Shown here: positions 36,163-49,981 of the stretch, in pieces | Position numbering within the stretch: position 1 is the stretch's first letter | How the letters are laid out: each line of letters opens with the position of its first letter | Assembly (NCBI RefSeq): GCF_964204645.1 | Contig: NC_134028.1 | Coordinates: forward strand, 2,480,001-2,544,000 | DNA length: 64,000 nucleotides | Direction: 5' to 3' | Source of the DNA: Tubulanus polymorphus | Taxonomy: Eukaryota; Animalia; Nemertea | Program-made: the position numbers and the translations under genes | Notes under the pieces: model-generated | Database searches by the model: none | Told to the model about the DNA's origin: nothing | Seen by the model: the letters and a program-made list of their open reading frames with translations, nothing else

Positions 36163-39100
36163 CTAATTTCTTATCAAGTAATTTAGCATATTTGGGTCTT
36201 CGTCGGTAGCTTTTGAGTTGCAGTTACCACACATCCCACTGAGGGTTCCGCTGTACAAATCTCGCCGCGCAAATACCAGTACCATAGACCGATCAAACAC
36301 CAAGCGCATATGACAGCCGACAACGTTGACGTATAAAGCACCTAAGCTATTCGAAGATACCTGGACCACCGACGATTCGTAAGGGAAACCTTTATTTGAT
36401 CCGTTGATCTAGAAAAATACAGCAATTCAAAAGAAATTCAAATAAAACTCCGAAGGGAATGCCGAAGGGAGATCATCACGGCTTATGGCCAGGTAACTCC
36501 AGGTTTCTAAAAGTATTGAACTAAACTGATGAACTTTGTATCTATTTATACAAACTCCATGTTTTCCTTTCTATAATACCTGCAGAGTGCCTGGGCGGAG
36601 GTCGATCGTGTGGTTTCTTAGTCGCAATGTGACATTTACCGCGTGAATCATTCTACTGCCGATTAGATTATGCCAGAAGTCTACGCCGACTTCTACTGCG
36701 AATTTACAACTACTGTCGGATGCGGCACCTCCGGCCGACATTGCCATCAAATAAGTTCCTACTTCCATCGTATCATTATCGTAAGACATTTTGTCAAATG
36801 ATATGAGTTTAGGATCACCATACATTTCACACTTACACATTTTATCATCTAAAAAAGTACCAACCATAAGATTAGCATTATACAATTGATTATATAGAGC
36901 TCGCAGTGGAAAACAAGTCTTTTTCGAAGAACCGACCACCCGGCCTGACGTACATTCAAATTGACACGCGGAGCTTGTTTCAATCACGCAAGTGTTATCG
37001 TTACTGCGTAAGTAACCGCTTTTACATTCGCATCCCTCTTTATTTGGTAGCATGCAATTCATAGGAGCTGTTGGATCTTCACACGTGGCTGGACACGAAG
37101 AAATCGATGTACTGTATTCTTCATTTTTTTCGCATGTAATTTCTGAAAACGATAGCGTTAACGCCAGTCTTTAACAAAGAAGTCGAGGTTCTAATCGTCA
37201 TATCTATAAATATGTATGTGTTGAATAGGCTTACCACATCCGGTTACATTCCTCCAGTCTCCTATATCAACGCCGAAACGTACACAGTCTCCCGCAAAAA
37301 CTGATATATCTTCGCACACTTCTTTTCTTCGATTTTCTCTTGTGTCCGTTAACGTATTTTCAATGTCAAACACGCATGAATCGTATTTCAAATTGGCATC
37401 ATTACTGCCCAGTTTTCCCAATTCGATCAGACACTGTTTGAACGGTCCCTCGTCATCTATGATAACTCCACAGCTATTTTTCGACTTGTATTCTTTCATT
37501 TCTATCTCGGGAACCGACGGTGTTGGCAACGTTGGGACTGGAAGCAAACATCTATTGAGAAAAAAAGAACGAATGAAATACGAACACCCAACTACTAAGT
37601 CAGCATGAATTCCTACTTTTACAGAACATGAAGAATATATTTTTTTCAGTTTACAGACTTCATCGCTGCTAGGCCGCTGCAAAAAGAGTTCAGTACAATT
37701 ATATCATAACTTACTCCGGCTTATTGGTTGTGTCGCTGTCTAACACCAAGTAACTATCCCCAACTTGATTGCGAGCTTTAGTTCCTCCTTTGGCAATACG
37801 GGTTCCATTCGCCAGAATTAAATCCAGCACATCTTTAGGCCCTTCACAGTCACCACAGATACCTCGTAAATTGCCTATTGTGGGTCGCTTCACGTAGATT
37901 TTGACGATGCTTTTACCGTTATGCTCTACGAAAAGCTGACAGCTCTCGAATTTCAAGTTAACTTCTCGACCTATTCGCTGTACTTTTAAATCCCAACCTT
38001 TGGGTTCAAAAACTGCTGAATCAATTTCTTGCCCATCAACCTTCCAAATGTATCATTATTCCTTGTAAATATTTTCATTTTGTATAACATGAATATGATT
38101 TGGCATTTGAAATGTGAACATTACTGCGTTTAATAAATTCAATACCTGAATGATTGTGTTTTTCCCTCTTCTTTTAACAGCTATTTCATGACCATGGATC
38201 TTGACGAAAACATTTCTTGCGAAAGAAACCCTCGGATTTTTTTCACTTTTGATATTTGAAACGTCAACATCAAACGAACATCTATTGGTAGGGTCATAGT
38301 ACCGACTCACTGTATAGCGGCACTGGCCCTGGTAATTGAACTTCGCACCATCCATTTGTTTGTAGTGTGGATCACCGTATACCTCGCATACACAGATTTC
38401 TGAATAAGTTTTAATTGAAATAAAGATACAACGAATAACAACAAATGATGAGAAAATTATAGACATGTGACTATAGATACACACCATTGTTGACTGCATA
38501 GGACTGCTTTTGTTTCCTGCTGTTTTCCGCCGCTATCTTGCGTTGTTGCTGTTGTTTCCTGCTGTTTTCCGCCGCTATCTTGCGTTGTTGTTCTAGTTGT
38601 TTCCTGCTGTTTTCCGCCGCTATCTTGCGTTGTTGTTCTAGTTGTTTCCTGCTGTTTTCCGCCGCTATCTTGCGTTGTTGTTCTTGTTGTTTCCTGCTGT
38701 TTTCCGCCTCTATCTTGTGTTGTTGTTCTAGTTGTTTCCTGCGTTTTTCCGCCGCTATCTTGCGTTGTCGCTCTTGTTGTTTCCTGCTGTTTTCAGCCGC
38801 TATCTTGCGTTGTTGCTGTTGTTTCCTGCGTTTTTCCGCCGCTATCTTGCGTTGTTGTTGCTGTTGTTTCCTGCGTTTTTCCGCCGCTATCTTGTGTTGT
38901 TCTTGCTGTTGTTTCCTGCGTTTTTCCGCCGCTATCTTGCGTTGTTGCTGTTGTTTCCTGCGTTTTTCCGCCGCTATCTTGCGTTGTCGCTCTTGTTGTT
39001 TCCTGCTGTTTTCCGCCGCTATCTTGCGTTGTTGCTGTTGTTTCCTGCGTTTTTCCGCCGCTATCTTGCGTTGTCGCTCTTGTTGTTTCCTGCTGTTTTC

Positions 39101-40152
39101 CGCCGCTATCTTGCGTTGTTGCTGTTGTTTCCTGCGTTTTTCCGCCGCTATCTTGCGTTGTCGCTCTTGTTGTTTCCTGCTGTTTTCAGCCGCTATCTTG
39201 CGTTGTTGCTGTTGTTTCCTGCGTTTTTCCGCCGCTATCTTGCGTTGTTGTTGCTGTTGTTTCCTGCGTTTTTCCGCCGCTATCTTGTGTTGTTCTTGCT
39301 GTTGTTTCCTGCGTTTTTCCGCCGCTATCTTGCGTTGTTGCTGTTGTTTCCTGCGTTTTTCCGCCGCTATCTTGCGTTGTCGCTCTTGTTGTTTCCTGCT
39401 GTTTTCCGCTGCTATCTTGCGTTGTTGCTGTTGTTTCCTGCGTTTTTCCGCCGCTATCTTGCGTTGTCGCTCTTGTTGTTTCCTGCTGTTTTCCGCCGCT
39501 ATCTTGCGTTGTTGCTGTTGTTTCCTGCGTTTTTCCGCCGCTATCTTGCGTTGTCGCTCTTGTTGTTTCCTGCTGTTTTCCGCCTCTATCTTGTTTTGTT
39601 GTTCTAGTTGTTTCCTGCGTTTTTCCGCCGCTATCTTGCGTTGTTGCACTTGTTTCTTCCTGTTTTCCGCCGCTATCTTGCGTTGTTGCTGTTGTTTCCT
39701 GCTGTTTTCCGCCGCTATCTTGCGTTGTTGCTGTTGTTTCCTGCGTTTTTCCGCCGCTATCTTGCGTTGTTGGACGGGCATTTGTTGAGCATGTCCAAGG
39801 CTAGAACTAGAAGCTATAAAGATATTTCGTCATATACAAATTAAAAACGCTTTTCCATTTATGAAAAAAATATACATTAGAATATTAGATATATTCGTCG
39901 AACCTTGAGGCGGTTGATGGTATACGCGAGCATCAGTATCAGTATTCGATCTCAGCCTTACCCGACTGGCTATCATACCCGATTGGAACGTTTCAGATGA
40001 TGCATCTATAAAAAAAAACCAACGCTAAATTGAAAGTACCCATTTCATTTTCCATAACAGATTTGCTTATAATTCATCGTATTATCGTGTTCACCTTCTA
40101 TACTTATCACCGTAACCAACACCAAGAATAAGCAAGTAAACTTTATTTCCAT
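36163..40152 (-). CDS. Secreted VWD-C8-TIL-VWD protein (zonadhesin/FCGBP/mucin-like) with an N-terminal cationic tandem-repeat exon. Exons ~40152-40095, 40005-39904, 39813-38485, 38399-38146, 38040-37715, 37551-37235, 37142-36954, 36848-36580, 36408-36163
   Basis: Signal peptide MEIKFTCLFLVLVTVISIE. VWD1 CEVYGDPHYKQMDG..YQGQCRY..GICGDC. C8 CGVI..GPFKQC..YDSCVFD. TIL CPATC..EGCECKSGY. VWD2 CEMYGDP..GMCGNCN. Splice phases are consistent. Confidence 0.8.
38512..39772. repeat. Coding minisatellite of ~29 units of 42-48 nt (RKIAAE[KR/NS]RKQ..Q) with a 393-nt higher-order duplication
   Basis: Recurrent TTTTCCGCCGCTATCTTGCGTTG core. Diagnostic variants recur 393 nt apart (CAGCCGC at 38794 and 39187; CTTGTGTTG at 38891 and 39284). 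Confidence 0.95.
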
Positions 40153-40715
40153 GGTTTGACACAAAATTGCGAATGCCTGATTTCCCGCGAGAACGCTTGC
40201 ATTTATTCCATCGGGTCTCTGGTCACATATGTTATCTCGAGTGGCGAGCCTGAATCGATTGTATAAACAGCTTTCTAAAATCCAATCAATATTATTTCCG
40301 CAACCAGAAAAAAATGAGTTTAACATAGTATTCATCATTGCTTTGGTGATCTAATTTCTGTGATCATCTCAACATCCTAGTGTAGGATTTAAACTAATGT
40401 ACTCATCTATAAGCTATGTATTTTACCGCATTGTGTCATAGGGCACGAAATATGTACGATACGTACCTTTTGTTCATTCTTTGTTTGACTAATTCTATTG
40501 ATAATAAGGTATATCTGGTTTTGTTTAAATGCAGATATTGGTTTTAGGAGGGTCTCTACACTGGAAATGTATCGACCTTTACATTGAAATATGAAGAAAA
40601 AATTAATTCCCCCAGATTGAATGGATAATGAAGAAATATATCCCCAGCGAAAGAATTAAATGAAAAAGCAAAATTTACGTTCATTGAAAATAATTCGTTA
40701 AAACGGCCCGAAAAA

Positions 40716-40818
40716 CAGTCTGAAAATGTTACTGGAGCAAGTAGTTTCCTGAAGATGACTATTAGAATATAGTCGAAATGTCGAATAAACTTCTTGCTCC
40801 AGTAACATTTTTGGACTG
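40716..40818 (+). ncRNA. Minimal type-I hammerhead-ribozyme-like motif (Penelope-like element type)
   Basis: CTGAAGA (40749-40755), T, stem II GACTAT/tagaat/ATAGTC, GAAA (40775-40778), TG, TC. It is enclosed by a long stem AAAATGTTACTGGAGCAAG / CTTGCTCCAGTAACATTTT. Confidence 0.6.
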
Positions 40819-41654
40819 TGTTTCGTTATAATTGTAGGATTCTCTCTATATCGCCACAACACGGATATAGCGCTTTATCAATCATGATTCTTTTCATGAA
40901 AATGCATATATATTCCTTCTCTGACTAATGAACGTGCATGTAATTACGTGATGAATATATTCTATTTTATATCTGATTGAATGCGTACTACATTTTTCGT
41001 CGTTTTGTTTCTTCAATGAGAGCTGTATCGATAAATCGATTGAGCGGGTGTGTGTTTGTGTTTGGTAAATATCGAAGCAAAATCTGCGTCATTTGTTTAC
41101 GAAACACAAGTTTCCGACCACTTATTGAAATGCAAGTTAACAAATAGACTTCAACTCTCGAGTAAAGCTGCTCTTCTCTTCGTTGAAACCATATGATTGA
41201 AAATCTTAATTTCAGAACTTGAGTTTTCAAAACAGGGATAATATTGTGTGGAAATATCCATACGAAACCCAGTATATGTGTATACATAATTGAACGAAAG
41301 TATTAAGAACAGGCCACAGCAAAAATAATTCAAAAACTAAAATCATGATGTTTCATCTGCATCTACAACTTAGGCATGTATCACATCATTATTACATCAG
41401 GACAATTTGCTTCAATACGAATCATGTTCGCCTTAGAACGTTCAATCCAGTAATTGGACAAACAATCTCAAGACAAAGCTGAGGACATATATTGACCTTT
41501 TTGAAGTTAAATTCACGTGTTATGTAAAAAGCATAAGACTATAGCGTGACGTGATATGACACTGATAGGTACGCACAGGCAGGTAAACAACAGTTTGGAA
41601 TTTCAGATAAGATTTTCGATCACGAGTCTCCTTGAGGCACAGAGTCATGATTAT

Positions 41655-41685
41655 ATCACATGACGATCTGATAGGCCTATATAAG
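41655..41685 (+). promoter_or_regulatory. Cathepsin L core promoter: M-box/CLEAR-like E-box and TATA box
   Basis: ATCACATGAC (reverse complement GTCATGTGAT) at 41655-41664 and TATATAAG at 41678-41685, followed by a short non-coding exon with donor AAG|GTAATC at ~41746. Confidence 0.55.
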
Positions 41686-41999
41686 ACCAGGTCTCAAGCA
41701 CATAGCATCTATTCGCTGGCAAGGCTCATCTGAATACGCACTGAAGGTAATCACACTTTTTTAAAACACTGTGAAGAATAACTTTTCTTTATGTCTGAGT
41801 ACAAATCAAAATCTTTTTGGGATAGGCGTAGAAATTGAATTTTGGGATAAGCTGTCTATTGAAAGTGAACTAATGATATATTTTGTCAGTAACTTGAACT
41901 AGACTGCGAGTAATACTTATTGAGATATCTAATGTGAATCGTGTAATACGCGATGTGATTAGTGCTGGTTTTTAACGAATATTCTTCCTTCCGTTTCAG

Positions 42000-44279
<2,280 letters not shown>

Positions 44280-45682
44280 TCAAAACCTCTTCTAGTCATA
44301 ATTATTATTTGAAAATTCGTAAATGCATTTTATATTAGAATAAATTATTGATAATTAAAATTCTATACGTTGTTTCAGTTGAGTTAATATAGAAAGGGTT
44401 GTTGGTTCGTATTTTTGTGGATTACGCGTTTAGTTCTCTATGACGAGATGGTGGATTGGTCATTCGTTCTTTAGTATTCGATATTACACATTGATACATT
44501 ATATTACTAATTATTTGTCACCTAGCTCCTCCCGGCGAAAATACCGACTCCACTTCAAGTATGCATGCTAAACCAGCTGGTTTGACTCCAGTGTACATCA
44601 GAATTAACGTCCCCACTCTCAATGATCAACTAAACATTATGTAGGACAGCAAAGCTATTAAGCTATCATTTTTTCATATCATGTTTTTACAGCTTATAAT
44701 TAACATCCTACCCAGACGGATTTTATGATTTTATATTAGTTAGTATCAGGTTTTTATTTCCCATCGCCTTTTATGTTCAGTCAAACCAAGTTTCCATCTA
44801 TAGACTACATTTTCATAATATACATATGTAGATAGTATTTACATCCTCCATGTTTAGAGAGATGAGGGTGAGGCGAGAGTCGTAAATTCCAATGCAAACA
44901 CCGGCTTGTAGATCGACGGGATGGATATGCGTGTAGGCAGGAGACATTAGACTATAGCACAAAGCTGAAACAGGATGACCATTTAGGTTGAGGGCGTGCA
45001 GTTATCATTATATATTCTAGTAGACGTGAGGTATTACCGGTAAATAGATAGATAGGATTCTATCCGTTTTTTTCAGGTCATGTGTGATGGACTGCGTCTC
45101 TGAATCGTAACCGTAAGTGTCACATGTAAGTACAAATAATGGTGGTGAGAAAATTCGAACAATATTATGTTTATTGCTTATTTATAAATTAATCAAAACG
45201 CAAATCTTCGAACGATTAGAAGATTGAGATATACACCTAGATCAGTTTCAATGGACTTTTGTGTTCAGAATATCAAATCCATATTTTACGAACACTCTAC
45301 CGATGGAGCAAAAATCCCTATTACCATTTCAAATATCAAATCGAATCTGCCGCCTGCAGGGTTCGAACTTGCTATACATTTGGCTTATATCGGACAACCT
45401 ATTCATGTTGCGCTATTCTAATATGTGTACGGTTATATTGAACGCATTTTACGCGGTGAATGGACAATCGTGTGTCCCGTAGTGTTGTATTCAGGGTCAT
45501 TCTCCCATTTGTCATCCACAACAACAGCTGTCCTAAACAAAAATATTCTCTTATTCCCAGCGTCCGTATATGGTACCCTGCGCAAAAGCAGCCGGAATAT
45601 CAAATAGTATTTATTGCAAATGTGAATCTGGCGATGAGGAGGCATAATTGTGATATTTCGTTGTGTTGTAGGCGATCAGAAA

Positions 45683-46318
45683 ATGATACACGACAAAAGT
45701 ACCGACGCGGATATGCATCAGCATCCTGCGTATCCCGAGTATAGTGATCCGTCGCCATGTGGAATATCGCCACCGCAGTACCAAACCATACAACCGTCAT
45801 CGATACAGCATCCGACCAGCGTCGTCACCGTTTCAACATCTCAGACGACATTAAACATCGGATTCCAGGCTAAGAGGGTATTTACGTGTGGATTAGTATT
45901 GACCGTGTTCGGTTCACTGTTTCTGCTCGGGGGAATTTTACAAATCGTGCAAATGAAAGTCAACGGCGAGAAAGGCGATTATTACCAGGGAATATGGGCC
46001 GGCCTGCTATTTCTAACAACAGGCATTCTCGGAATCGTGACCGGTAAAACAAGAAAAAGCAATTACATGAAAATCTGCATCGTTTGTTGCGTAATGTCTG
46101 CAATCGTAAGCTCTGTGGTGTTTGTACTGATGACGTTCGCTGCTGCAGTGACGTTCGCCTATCTCGGCTCGTTATACGGAGTTATCGTCATGTTTGACGT
46201 TCTAGTCACACTAGTCGTGTTTATCGTTTCGATAGTCCAAGCGGCATTTTGCTGTAGCTGTTCATATCGAACAGCCCCGGCAAGCGAACACGATCGTCTG
46301 GCGTTAGAGAACCGGTAA
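45683..46318 (+). CDS. MS4A/CD20-like four-transmembrane protein
   Basis: ATG follows an acceptor at 45671. Pro-rich N-terminus (PPQY), four hydrophobic segments, a GIWAGLLFLTTGILG motif and Cys cluster AFCCSC after TM4. Confidence 0.78.
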   Translation: MIHDKSTDADMHQHPAYPEYSDPSPCGISPPQYQTIQPSSIQHPTSVVTVSTSQTTLNIGFQAKRVFTCGLVLTVFGSLFLLGGILQIVQMKVNGEKGDYYQGIWAGLLFLTTGILGIVTGKTRKSNYMKICIVCCVMSAIVSSVVFVLMTFAAAVTFAYLGSLYGVIVMFDVLVTLVVFIVSIVQAAFCCSCSYRTAPASEHDRLALENR

Positions 46319-46543
46319 ACTGCAAACAATCATCTAGTTGAATTAGTCTCTAGTTTAATCGCATTTATTGATTTTACCTATCTATTAATCTGTTATCAAA
46401 ATTTATGGAGCGGACTTTACACCTTTTCTATGAACAGTTCATTCGACCTTCATTGTTTAAATAATTGTTTTGTCTTGACCATTTTCGCTGACTGTACATA
46501 GAACCGAAAAAGAAATGTTATCGTCATTTCCTCGGCCCGGGAA

Positions 46544-46768
<225 letters not shown>

Positions 46769-48218
46769 CGCCAGTAGGACTGTGCATTATTTACCGCTAA
46801 ACAACCTCAACCAGCTACGTACATACCAAGAGCTGATACGCTCTCCTTCAATTTCTGCAGAAATCGGTTTATCACCGATAATGATTTCTTTAATCGCATA
46901 TATCTGCTGGTGATACAAATATCGCTAAGGTTTCTTCCGTCGAGCCAGACATAGTAGCATTTTCCGCGAATAAAGGTCGATATTAGAAATTAATCACTAC
47001 TTTTGCATTTTCATTATCGTCGCAACTATTTCCTAAGACCAGTTGCTGATTACTGAATCCAGACAGAATCAAGCAAGTAAGCCGGTGCCTTCAAATAAAC
47101 GAGTTACCCATAAGGATAACTCTCATTCTACAGATCAACCAACCATTTCTAGAAGAAAGCATTTTGTAAACTTACGTCATCAATATCATGTTATATATCT
47201 TAATCGTATATACGTATATACATGTACACTTGCCGGAAGTGTGTTTGTTTATCGTCGATGTAACGTTGAAAAAGCATTACATTGTGACTGAGATAAAATC
47301 TCGAAATCATTTTTTATATATTCAGTAAATGATAAATCTAACGCTCGAATTCTTACATAATGTGGATCTTGATTCCGATGAAAGTGCCTCAAATATTGCA
47401 AGAAAATACATTAATTAAATGTTATAATCTTTGTTATCTTTCAAATTTCTTTACAAAGCTCAAGTCGACTTACGACTTAATCGTCGTAGGAACAGCGGTA
47501 GTACACACGTGACCACTCATCGCCGATTCATTTGTGGCACTCAGGCCGATTACGAATCGATCGTGGTCAAGTCTGAAAGTCCGGTCGTGGTCGCAGTCGT
47601 AGGTAAACTCGTGTCGAAAAGGAACGCAGACTCGCCCCCTTCCGATCCGACGAGTCGTAAGTACACCTCCTTGACGTTAAAATGGATCATATAAAACACA
47701 TCCAACTAACGAAGTTATAAGTAATAAATAAGTTAAAATTTAGAAAGCGCAACAGAATGTATGTATATCTCACTGCGAGCTTCCAACAGACAGTATCGTC
47801 ATCATCCATATAAATTTCATCAAAAAACATGAAGTAATGAGGTATCGACCATAATGAGATGTAATTTTCCTTTTTTTCATTTTCGTATGAAGTAGATTTC
47901 GTAAAAATTACGACCGCAATTTTCTATCGGTATAGAGTAACGCAGCAGCCGAAACGGAGTCTAATTATCGTGCCACGAATAAAGTATTTTGGAGGTCCCT
48001 TGTACATCACATCGTGACACAGCGGCGTTGGTGATGTCATAGAAGAAAGAAAGGGCAGAAGAGATATTTCCGTCAAAACAATCCAAATTACGATTCAAGC
48101 ATATATAGAATAAATTCAATAGACATATGAGAAACTTATCATGAATTGTCTAAGATTTAGCTTTTATTTATAACGATGTTTACATAATTGAAGCCAGTTA
48201 TATTGAAGTCAGTTAAAT

Positions 48219-49001
48219 CTATTGTTGACCCATGGCGATACGTCGAGCATCATTCTGACATTTCTGCATACACGCACCCGCTTCAGACGCAGGCCCTTTA
48301 GTGCAGTTTGCCATACACGAAGCGGTAAACTTACATGTCCTGGAAAATAGAATTCAACATTTTAAATATTTCATTTGCCATCCGAAACTTCTTTTCCCAC
48401 AGTTAAAGCTCATTCTTTTTGGTTAACGAATACTTTATATCACTTAAACATGGATTGATTATTGCACTGATGAAGAGAAGAAAATTGAACGTACTTGTCA
48501 CACATCGCTAACATCATTTCTTTTACGTTTTCGGGAACACTTTCCGCTTGCATGGTGCAACCTTTATTACACTTGCTCAGGAGCCGTTGCTCCATTTCGT
48601 TTGCGAACGCGACGGCAAAAACTGCTACGACTTGAAAAACACAATTAAGGAAAACAGAATATCATTTAAAAGAAGTTTTAGATAACTTGCGAATGAATCA
48701 TTCATCCATGTAATCACAGTATTATCAAATCCTATACAACTATTACAACATATATTGAATTTGTCTATTTACTTGGAACTTTCTGAAAAGGCACAAGACC
48801 CTCTTCAGTACCGAACCAAGTTAAAAACGAACCCATCCACATTTTCTCATTCACTTGCAATATGCCTGAACAAGGGAAATGTAGCTCCCGAAAACGTTTG
48901 CAGCAATAAATTAAGTTACTATTCGAAAATGAGATTTTTGTTTCTACGTATTTTCAATTAACTATCTACTTACACAAAAACGCAATGACCGACTTCATCA
49001 T
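48219..49001 (-). CDS. 94-aa secreted Cys-rich peptide with four CxxxC motifs. Exons 49001-48974, 48630-48495, 48339-48219
   Basis: Spliced product MMKSVIAFLFVAVFAVAFANEMEQRLLSKCNKGCTMQAESVPENVKEMMLAMCDKTCKFTASCMANCTKGPASEAGACMQKCQNDARRIAMGQQ*. Canonical donors GTAAGT and GTACGT, acceptors TTTCAAG and TTTCCAG. 285 nt in frame. TATAAATA at ~49078-49085 on the minus strand. Confidence 0.8.
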
Positions 49002-49300
49002 ATTGGCAGCGTTCGGGAGGTTGGCTCTCTGGTGATTCCAAGTAAAACAAATGACAACTTGATCGCCAGTCTCTCTTTATTTATATTCGAATGAAAATGT
49101 CAAAAATAGTGGTAATTTTAGGGAATAGACTGATAATTATGCGAAATTGCTGGCAGTAATCACAAAACCGTTTAGCGAAGGTCAAATATCAGTCGTTCAA
49201 AAAGTTTTGTAGCATGTATGATTGTGAACAAGTACATGGGTACTCTTTACAAACGCGTAGCAATGTTTACAGCCCTGATCGGCAACTCCTACACTTTTTG

Positions 49301-49347
49301 TCCGTCTATTCGTCCGTCCGTCCGTCCGTTCGTCCGTCCGTAGACGG
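49301..49347. repeat. (CGTC)n tetranucleotide tract, probably part of a non-autonomous element remnant
   Basis: TCCGTCTATTCGTCCGTCCGTCCGTCCGTTCGTCCGTCCGTAGACGG. Confidence 0.6.
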
Positions 49348-49981
49348 AATCCAGTTATTTTGGAAAGTGTTGAAGACGCGTCGATGAATTGATTTGATAT
49401 TTGGTCTATACATGTATATCTACCCATTAGACACAGTTTCAAGAAAATTCTAAAGGCACTTGGGTCGATAATCTTTCGGTTTCATATCATGTATCTCTCT
49501 ATGGCCCATCGTCGCAAGAAAATTGGTTCGATCGGACTCAAGATTGCCGTCCTGTGACCTTTTTGTTGTGGCAAAAAGCAATCTCCAATTACTGAAACTG
49601 CTAGATTACAGAAAAAAACGTTATAAACATTTGGCCTATTTTTTATGATTAACATAAGTGACCGTTAATTAAGAATAATAATGATAACAATATTTCAACC
49701 CACACAAACATCAAACCTTTTTATCGTTATCGTTACCTTTTTATTATTGATTATGTTTACAAAGATTCCTAATTTATGTAATCGCGTATAATTATGTTTT
49801 CTAATAACCCAGACGCCGGGAAAGCAAAGCGTAATTTGCTTAAGCTTGAACTCATTTCTATGTGGAGGGTAATTCTCCCGCCACCTACACTTGTGTACTC
49901 CAAACCATAAAACATCAGTATGAAACTTCCCATAACGCCATGGAAGAACAAAATGGCAATTATGAAAAGTACAAGCGCGTG

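Noticed and set aside
38512-39772. CRISPR-like appearance of regularly spaced repeats
   Set aside because: There are no unique spacers and no cas genes, and the context is eukaryotic. It is a tandem coding minisatellite.
38538-39844. Plus-strand Cys/Phe/Leu-rich ORFs of 416, 291 and 78 aa
   Set aside because: They are antisense shadows of the minus-strand repeat. Only the minus frame has compatible splice sites and joins a signal peptide and VWD exons.
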